A stretch of 64,000 bases of DNA, taken from the NCBI GenBank assembly GCA_036918135.1, contig JBALDB010000005.1, forward strand, positions 128,001 to 192,000, in the 5' to 3' direction. This stretch comes from Nostoc sp. (lineage in GTDB: Bacteria; Cyanobacteriota; Cyanobacteriia; Cyanobacteriales; Nostocaceae). Positions 57,227 through 64,000 of the stretch are shown here, piece by piece. Positions within the stretch are counted from its first letter, which is position 1. Every line of letters starts with the position of its first letter. The translations under genes and the position numbers were made by a program. The notes beneath the pieces are model-generated. The model was given only the letters and a program-made list of their open reading frames with translations, ran no database searches and was not told the DNA's origin.

Positions 57227-58159
57227 CTAGTTATTGCGATTGATGATAAAATGAGCGATCGCTTGGAGTGGCTTGGCTCTCTCCTCAAATGGTTCTAATT
57301 CTGCACAAGCTGCTATAATTAGCTCTTGGGCTTTTGAGCGTGATTGCTCAAGTCCCCAAAGACTGGGATACGTTACTTTCTTAGCTTTTTGGTCTTTGCC
57401 AGCTGTTTTGCCTAATTGCTCTTGGGTAGCAGTGATATCCAGAATATCATCTACGATTTGAAATGCTAGTCCGATATTTTCAGCATAACGGGTTAGTCGT
57501 TGCACATCTTCAGATGATGCCCCACTGACGATCCCGCCACAAACTACGCAAGCTTCCAAAAGGGCGGCTGTTTTATGTTCGTGAATGAAATTGAGCGTTT
57601 CTAGAGAAATATCTGATTTTCCTTCACATTGTAAATCCACAACTTGACCGCCGACTAAACCAGCTGCCCCCAAAGCCCGACCAAGACGGGCAATTACCTG
57701 CAAGACTCGATCTCTGGGAACATGAGGAGGAGTTTGAATGGCTACATGTTCAAAAGCCAGAGCCAACAAGCCATCTCCTGCTAAAATCGCCACATCTTCG
57801 CCATAGACTTTATGATTCGTCAACTTCCCGCGACGATAATCGTCATTATCCATTGATGGCAGGTCATCATGAATCAAAGACATTGTATGAATCATCTCTA
57901 CTGCACAAGCTGTCGGCATAGCCATTTCGATGGTGCCACCCATCATTTCACAAGTAGCTAGGCAGAGAATGGGGCGTACACGCTTACCTCCAGCTAATAA
58001 GGAGTAGCGCATCGACTCATAAATTGTTTCTGGATATACAACGGGAATAGCCAAATCCAAAGCAGTATCGCAAAGCTTTTGTCGTTCTTTGAGATAGACT
58101 GCTAGGTTAAACTGAGCTTCCTCTGGTGGTGTCTTTTGAACATTATCAGTTGCTACCAT
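57227..58159 (-). CDS. crtE: Geranylgeranyl diphosphate synthase
   Basis: [40 protein letters not shown]. Confidence 0.93.
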   Translation of the reverse strand: MVATDNVQKTPPEEAQFNLAVYLKERQKLCDTALDLAIPVVYPETIYESMRYSLLAGGKRVRPILCLATCEMMGGTIEMAMPTACAVEMIHTMSLIHDDLPSMDNDDYRRGKLTNHKVYGEDVAILAGDGLLALAFEHVAIQTPPHVPRDRVLQVIARLGRALGAAGLVGGQVVDLQCEGKSDISLETLNFIHEHKTAALLEACVVCGGIVSGASSEDVQRLTRYAENIGLAFQIVDDILDITATQEQLGKTAGKDQKAKKVTYPSLWGLEQSRSKAQELIIAACAELEPFEERAKPLQAIAHFIINRNN

Positions 58160-58249
58160 TCTTAAATTCCTGACATTTTGAGATTTTTATCTTATAAGTC
58201 ACAATTTTAAGGTGCTGTGGGACTGAAAAAATGAGGAGTTGGGAAGAAA

Positions 58250-58380
58250 GACACGGGGAGGTGGGAGGTGTGGGAGGTGTGGGGGGTGTGGGAAGAAATC
58301 TTCCCCCCTCTCTTCCCACACTCCCCCATCCCCCTCTCTGTCCACACTCCCCCATCTCCCTATCTCCCCACCTCCCCGTG
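58250..58380. repeat. G/C-run 8-9-mer tandem/inverted repeats (similar element at ~40434-40545)
   Basis: GTGGGAGGT-type repeats, then GGAAGAAATCTTCCCCC, then CCCCACACT/CCCCATCT repeats. Confidence 0.7.
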
Positions 58381-59256
58381 TCTGCTTACCGTCCTGGAAT
58401 AGCTAGCAAATGTATTTTGCAACAATAGGGCGACAGTCATCGGGCCAACACCACCAGGAACTGGCGTGATAAATCCTGCTACGGCAGCAGTTGATTCCAA
58501 ATCGACATCGCCAACTAGCCGACTGGTGCCACTGCCATCAGTGACGCGATTCATTCCCACATCTACCACAACAGCGCCCGGTTTTACCATGTCAGCAGAG
58601 ATCAGTCCGGGACGACCTACTGCTGCAATTAGAATATCAGCATTCTGGGCGATCGTTTTGAGATCGTGCGATCGCGAATGAGCAATGGTGACTGTAGCAT
58701 CAGCTTCTAGTAGCATTAACGCCATTGGCTTACCTACTAAAATACTGCGTCCCACCACTAGAGCCTGTTTTCCCTGCAAGGGAATCTCATATTCTTCTAA
58801 AAGCCGCATTACACCAGCAGGAGTGCAGCTACGTAAACCTGTTTCTCCCCGTACTAGTCGCCCCAAGTTCACTGGGTGCAGTCCATCAGCATCTTTATCG
58901 GGATCGATTTGATGTAATAAGCCAACAGCATCCAAGTGCTTAGGTAAGGGTAGCTGCACGAGAATCCCATCTACCCGTTCATCATGATTGAGTGCAGTAA
59001 TTACCTCTTCTAATTCTCTCTGGGTAGTTTCGGCGGGAAAATGCTTGCCAAAAGAGGCTATACCAACTTTAGCGCAGGCTTTTTCTTTATTGCGTACATA
59101 AGCAGCTGAGGCTGGGTTATCGCCAACCATCAGCACTGCTAAGCCAGGAGGTCGTCCAATTCTTGGCTGTAATTCACTAATGGCAGCAGAAAGTTCTTGC
59201 TGAATTTTTGCAGCTAAAGCCTTACCATCAAGGAGTTTGGCAGTTTGTGTTTTCAT
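58360..59256 (-). CDS. folD: Bifunctional methylene-THF dehydrogenase/cyclohydrolase
   Basis: [53 protein letters not shown]. Confidence 0.96.
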   Translation of the reverse strand: MKTQTAKLLDGKALAAKIQQELSAAISELQPRIGRPPGLAVLMVGDNPASAAYVRNKEKACAKVGIASFGKHFPAETTQRELEEVITALNHDERVDGILVQLPLPKHLDAVGLLHQIDPDKDADGLHPVNLGRLVRGETGLRSCTPAGVMRLLEEYEIPLQGKQALVVGRSILVGKPMALMLLEADATVTIAHSRSHDLKTIAQNADILIAAVGRPGLISADMVKPGAVVVDVGMNRVTDGSGTSRLVGDVDLESTAAVAGFITPVPGGVGPMTVALLLQNTFASYSRTVSRHGEVGR

Positions 59257-59933
59257 GAGAATTTCCAGCTATGTTCTATCTTTTGTTGCAAGGGGAGTAC
59301 TGATATGATGTCCGACAAATCACCCTTAATATGTCATTGCGAGTGGAACGAAGTGAAACGTACCACTTCCCTACGAGACGCTACGCGAACGGTCGCAATG
59401 AGGGTTGTTTGAACGGACATGATATGAGTGCTGAGTAGAGAGCAGGGGAGAATAATTTATAACTATAATTTCGTAGCAATTAAGATTCGTGAATGAGTCT
59501 TTGATACTTGTGAATGAGTCTTTGATACTCGCGAACAAGCATAAAAACTCCACTTTTTTTGCCTCCTACACCCAGCTTCTGATTTTTAAAGCCTTTTTTG
59601 TCCAGTCCCTAGTCTCGCACGCAGCGCTTAGACTCTTCACCCTTGACTTTTAACTATTATTGTGTTGCTGTTTGATGTCGTAGCGTTTCTCTGACAGTAA
59701 GTTCATAATGTTTATTTTCTCAAATCAACCGTGTCATCTGAAGAATAAAAGAGAAAACTAGCCAGGATTGAGGGAGATGGGGAGATGGGGGACAAAGAAA
59801 ATAATTCCTAATTCAACAGTCATCACTCAACAGTCATCACTCAACAGTTATCAGTCAACACTTCTAATCCCTAATTCACAAGAAAGTACCATAGATAGGA
59901 ACTGAGTCGATGAAAGTGGCGACAAAATAAGCA

Positions 59934-60383
59934 GTGAAGCAAAAATTTGCTCAATCGGTGGCTTTCATGCAACAAACGAGAAATTTGTCCCTTGGCTTTT
60001 TATACGGGCAGAGAATTGTTCTCTACCGTATAGGGTTGGCTTTTTTTCTGGTAGCAGGACTTTCTAGTTGTAGTAATTTATCCTCCTCTGGCTTGAGTGG
60101 GACTGGCTTAAAATTTGGCACAAATGTCACCCCAATTCGAGAAATTAAACCAGAACAAAAGAATCAAGCTACAGTTTACATCCAAGGAAAGGTAGAAAAG
60201 CAAGCTCCTTTGATGAAACAGTGGGCTTATCAAGTAGATGATACAACCGGCAAAATTTGGGTTATCACTAATCAAAAAAGTTTGGGAGAGGGATCGCAAG
60301 TGGTGTTTAGAGGTAAAGTTCGCTACCGAAGTATCCCTGTAGCTGGTAAAGAACTGGGAGAAGTTTATTTAGAAGAAGAATAA
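59934..60383 (+). CDS. Putative lipoprotein with OB-fold-like domain
   Basis: Lipobox-like GLSSC, then YQVDDTTGKIWV; start codon uncertain. Confidence 0.65.
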   Translation: MKQKFAQSVAFMQQTRNLSLGFLYGQRIVLYRIGLAFFLVAGLSSCSNLSSSGLSGTGLKFGTNVTPIREIKPEQKNQATVYIQGKVEKQAPLMKQWAYQVDDTTGKIWVITNQKSLGEGSQVVFRGKVRYRSIPVAGKELGEVYLEEE

Positions 60384-60405
60384 TTTAGCAATTAAAAATC
60401 AATAT

Positions 60406-60840
60406 ATGAGTAATCAAGTAGTACATGTAGCGATCGCTATTCTCTACCAAAAAAACAAATTTCTCATGCAACTGCGGGACAACATCCCCAGTATTCTTTA
60501 TCCTGGTTACTGGGCGCTATTTGGCGGTCATATCGAACCTGGTGAAACGCCGAATATCGCAGTCAAACGAGAAATTTTAGAAGAAATCGGCTATGATTTA
60601 CCACCCTTTGTTGAATTTGGCTGTTATCCCGACGAAAGAGTTGTCCGTCATGTTTTTCATGCACCACTCTTGGTGGAGTTAGATCGATTGGTTTTGAATG
60701 AAGGCTGGGATATGGGATTATTGACGCCAGAAGATATTCGCCAAGGTAACTGTTATTCAAAAAATGCTAGCGAAGTGCGACCATTAGGGGAAATGCATCA
60801 GCGAATTATGTTGGATTTTATCGAGAAGAATTCGGTATAG
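60406..60840 (+). CDS. NUDIX hydrolase
   Basis: Nudix box GGHIEPGETPNIAVKREILEEIG. Confidence 0.92.
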   Translation: MSNQVVHVAIAILYQKNKFLMQLRDNIPSILYPGYWALFGGHIEPGETPNIAVKREILEEIGYDLPPFVEFGCYPDERVVRHVFHAPLLVELDRLVLNEGWDMGLLTPEDIRQGNCYSKNASEVRPLGEMHQRIMLDFIEKNSV

Positions 60841-60957
60841 GAGTTGTAAATGAGAAAGTGAGATTTTGGATAGAGGATGTCAACAGTCAACAGCCAACAC
60901 TCCCCACTGTCTAGCAGTCAAAATAAAGTTAAAACTCTTATGGAGTAGTTATCACTA

Positions 60958-62070
60958 ATGCAATCTGCAAACAAAGTCCCACGATGGTTAAGCATAGGAT
61001 TGGCATTTCCCGTTATTATTCTCAACGGCTGGCTGTTCCTCCAGCTTGTGCAGTATTTTCAACCTTTAGTGAGTATTATTGCCGCCGCTACCTTACTGGC
61101 TTTTGTCTTGGACTATCCCATCCAGTTTCTTCAGCAACGAGGGGTGAAACGTAATTTGGCGATCGTGGGAGTGTTACTTTTGACTGTGGTGATTATAGTG
61201 GGTTTAGGCATCACCTTGGTTCCCCTGATTATAGAACAGCTCAACGAGCTAGCGAATATTTTGCCTAGTTGGATTGATTCTGGTACTCAGCAGCTAGAAG
61301 CTTTTCAAGATTGGGCGTTAAGTCAACAGCAACTTCCGATTAATTTAAGTGCTTTAGTTAGCGAAATTTTAGAAAGATTATCTAATCAACTCCAGTCTTT
61401 CACGGGTAGAATTCTCAGTTTTGCTGTGGATACGATTAGTACTGTGTTCAATGTACTGCTGGCGGTGGTGCTGACTATTTACCTAATATTGAACGGCGAA
61501 CGTCTTTGGGATGGAATTTTTCAATGGTTTCCCCCCAATATCGGCTCAAAAGTCCGGCAATTACTCCGAGAGGATTTTCACAATTACTTTATCGGTCAGG
61601 CTACATTAGGTGCTGTGCTGGGATTGACGGTTACACTGGCATTTTGGATTTTGCGAGTTCCCTTGGCGCTACTTTTTGGTCTGGCGATTGGGTTATTTTC
61701 TTTGTTTCCCTTTGGTACAGGAATAGGTATTGCGATAGTCAGTCTGTTGGTGGCGTTGCAAAATTTTTGGTTGGGAGTGGAAGTTTTAGGTGTGGCTGTA
61801 GCGATTGACCAAGTTAATTCTAATTTTATTGCTCCTCGGATTCTCGGTAATTTGACTGGCTTAAATCCAGTCTGGGTGGTAATTTCTTTACTACTGGGAG
61901 CTAAACTAGGAGGCGTGCTAGGTTTGTTAATTGCAATTCCTGTTGCCAGTTTTATTAAGGATGCGGCAGATAGTTGGCGTGCTGGCGAGCTGAAAAAAAT
62001 ACATGATATTGAGGGTATTGAGTTAGAGCCTGCAAAGGTCACAACTGAGAGAGCAGGAACTTATAGTTAA
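60958..62070 (+). CDS. AI-2E family transporter (PerM/YhhT-like)
   Basis: Multi-TM; IAPRILGNLTGLNPVWVVISLLLG..LGGVLGLLIAIP. Confidence 0.9.
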   Translation: MQSANKVPRWLSIGLAFPVIILNGWLFLQLVQYFQPLVSIIAAATLLAFVLDYPIQFLQQRGVKRNLAIVGVLLLTVVIIVGLGITLVPLIIEQLNELANILPSWIDSGTQQLEAFQDWALSQQQLPINLSALVSEILERLSNQLQSFTGRILSFAVDTISTVFNVLLAVVLTIYLILNGERLWDGIFQWFPPNIGSKVRQLLREDFHNYFIGQATLGAVLGLTVTLAFWILRVPLALLFGLAIGLFSLFPFGTGIGIAIVSLLVALQNFWLGVEVLGVAVAIDQVNSNFIAPRILGNLTGLNPVWVVISLLLGAKLGGVLGLLIAIPVASFIKDAADSWRAGELKKIHDIEGIELEPAKVTTERAGTYS

Positions 62071-62284
62071 AAATCTTACGGCTGATTTGATTAACTTGTG
62101 GTTAGCCCTCTCTAAAGAAACAAGGCAGAAGGGAAAAGAATTTGACTTGTTTCTTCCATACATAACGGAAGTGAGCGCGTCCGTAAACAGCTTCTGTCAC
62201 TCTCTGGGAGGGCGATCGCGCTTAAGCCTCATGAGGCAATTAATACAAGCTATACTAAGCGAGTTTTGATTTATTTGTGACAGT

Positions 62285-63205
62285 CTAACTAAACGAGTTT
62301 CTAAATTTGAGTGGTGAGACGCTTGTCTTATTCTTAAATAATTTATTAAACGACTGCGGATGTTCAAAACCGAGCTGATACGCGATTTCGCTGACTGAAA
62401 GCGATGTTGTGGATAACGCTTCTTTTGCTTTTTCAATTAATTTATTGTGGATATGCTGTTGGGCGTTTTGTCCCGTCAGCGTTCTTAACATATCGCTTAA
62501 ATAATTCGGCGATACGTTTAATTTATCGGCAATATATTTGACGGTTGGAATTCCCAATTGTAATTCATTTTGTCTGTCAAAATACTCGTTTAATAAATCC
62601 TCCAGTTTCACCAGCAAATCACTGCTCGCTTTTTTGCGGGTGATAAATTGCCGATGATAAAATCTGTTTGAATAATTAAGCAGTAATTCAAGTTGTGAAA
62701 CAATCACATCCTGACTAAAGTTATCAATATTGGAACGATATTCCTGCTCCATATTTTCGATAAGATCGTTTATGATTGCTTCTTCTTTTTGAGAGAGGTG
62801 CAAAGCTTCATTGACCGAATAGTTGAAATACTCGTATCGCTCGATCGTTTTGGCTAGCGATGTATTCCATAAAAAGTCGGGATGGATTAGTAGTGACCAT
62901 CCCCTACGCTTTGATGCTGCATCTTTATCAATCTCCACTCCGAAAACCTGACCGGGCGACATAAAAAACATTACGCCTTCATCAAAATCATACTCCTGCT
63001 GACCGTATTTATATTTAGTGTTCGGTGTTCTTTTGAGCGCGATTGTGTAGAAATCAAAGACAAGATTTATTAATTCTTGGGGAGGCACATATTTAATGGA
63101 TTCTAAATTAATCACGCTGATTAAAGGATGCTCAGGTTTAGGAAGCTCCAGCATCCGATGATATTCGGCGATCGTTTTAAATCTCCGCGGTTGTGTGTTT
63201 GTCAT
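62285..63205 (-). CDS. AraC family transcriptional regulator
   Basis: YGQQEYDFDEG N-domain; C-terminal SPNYLSD...SVSEIAYQLGFEHPQSFNKLFK HTH. Confidence 0.93.
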   Translation of the reverse strand: MTNTQPRRFKTIAEYHRMLELPKPEHPLISVINLESIKYVPPQELINLVFDFYTIALKRTPNTKYKYGQQEYDFDEGVMFFMSPGQVFGVEIDKDAASKRRGWSLLIHPDFLWNTSLAKTIERYEYFNYSVNEALHLSQKEEAIINDLIENMEQEYRSNIDNFSQDVIVSQLELLLNYSNRFYHRQFITRKKASSDLLVKLEDLLNEYFDRQNELQLGIPTVKYIADKLNVSPNYLSDMLRTLTGQNAQQHIHNKLIEKAKEALSTTSLSVSEIAYQLGFEHPQSFNKLFKNKTSVSPLKFRNSFS

Positions 63206-63217
63206 ATCGAAATGTAA

Positions 63218-64000
63218 TTATTGCTGGTTGTAAGCAACCGCGAAATCTTTCGCAAAATCTTTCAGCTTTACTTTACCCAATATTGGTCTATGGCGGAAAT
63301 AGTCTTCATACAATCTGCCTCCACGCCTAGCGGCATTCATTTCCAGAAAACCCTGTGCAGTTTGCGGGTTCATTCCTGATTCTAATAGACCATTTAAAAA
63401 TTGTTCGTCAGAAATTTCCAGCCATTTCAGATCGGAATTTCCGATGGCTTCGCCCAAAATTTCGGCGATTTCGTTTGGCGAAACTTCATCACTTGCAATA
63501 TAACGAATTTCTTTACCATTAAAAGGTTTTTCAATTTCTTCGGCAATCACGGCAGCAATATCTAAAGGGGAGACCCACGGTTCTTTTTCATCGCCGCGAT
63601 AGTTGCCGACGATCGCACCTTGTGATTTGATGGTTTGGATAAAGGTATACATGTAAGTGTAAAAACCGACTGGGCGCACGAATTTAATAAAGACCTCTTG
63701 GGGCAGCTCTGTTAAAATATTTTCGACATTGTAATGAAACCGGAGCAAGCCAACTCCTTTGTCAGCACCGATGCTGCTCAGATGCACGACACGTTTGACG
63801 CCCGATTGTTCAATGGCTTGTTTGTAGTTTTTACCAATCTCGGTGATAGCCGCGATCGCATCAACATTCGGGTCAAAGAAAGCATCGGGGGCAAGCGATT
63901 CCATCACATAAACGACATCTGCGCCTTTAAAAGTCGCTGATAGAAAGCCAGCGTCTTCCATTGTGCCAATGGCAGCTTTTGCGCCTAGAGCTTCAATATC
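63218..64000 (-). CDS. NmrA-like NAD(P)H-binding protein, 5' end outside window
   Basis: Frame stays open to the window end (DIEALGAKAAIGTMED...); SGVKRVVHLSSIGA, VRPVGFY, VSPLDIA. Confidence 0.88.
   Translation of the reverse strand, partial: DIEALGAKAAIGTMEDAGFLSATFKGADVVYVMESLAPDAFFDPNVDAIAAITEIGKNYKQAIEQSGVKRVVHLSSIGADKGVGLLRFHYNVENILTELPQEVFIKFVRPVGFYTYMYTFIQTIKSQGAIVGNYRGDEKEPWVSPLDIAAVIAEEIEKPFNGKEIRYIASDEVSPNEIAEILGEAIGNSDLKWLEISDEQFLNGLLESGMNPQTAQGFLEMNAARRGGRLYEDYFRHRPILGKVKLKDFAKDFAVAYNQQ

Noticed and set aside
59489..59535. 21-bp tandem repeat GTGAATGAGTCTTTGATACT(T/C) as a CRISPR
   Set aside because: Two adjacent copies with no spacers; a simple tandem duplication.
1..64000. 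Frequent GCGATCGC octamers as a novel repeat
   Set aside because: This is HIP1, a well-known genome-wide cyanobacterial palindrome.

Overview
Filamentous cyanobacterial (Nostocales-like) chromosome segment, judged from frequent HIP1 GCGATCGC octamers, STRR-type heptamer repeats and an IsiA-PsaL fusion gene. The left ~31 kb is accessory. (i) A 3,776-bp relic type V-K CRISPR-associated transposon (2431-6206) sits just downstream of tRNA-Arg(CCG). It has intact ends, a 5-bp GTTAT target-site duplication and a 17-nt tRNA-homing spacer, but two internal deletions: the cas12k 3' end and tracrRNA are gone, and so are the tnsB 3' end, tnsC, tniQ, cargo and the cvkR 3' end. (ii) A minus-strand cyanobactin (RiPP) cluster (6800-22799) encodes A and G proteases, a YcaO cyclodehydratase D, a stand-alone oxidase, an F-family protein, PatB and two single-core precursors, plus a remnant of a third precursor. 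Most unusually, its PatC motif is fused to a beta-trefoil/cyanovirin-N(CVNH)/LamG lectin-like protein, which lies next to a beta-trefoil/jacalin paralog, and a CVNH pseudogene lies upstream of the cluster. (iii) A CHAT/DUF928/AAA-CHASE2 module follows. The right half is mostly ordinary housekeeping and signalling genes (selO, bioB, aroB, isiA-family, kinases, crtE, folD), including an apparently catalytically dead rhomboid and an ABC transporter with degenerate ATPase motifs. All family calls come from motif recognition by eye; no database search was run.
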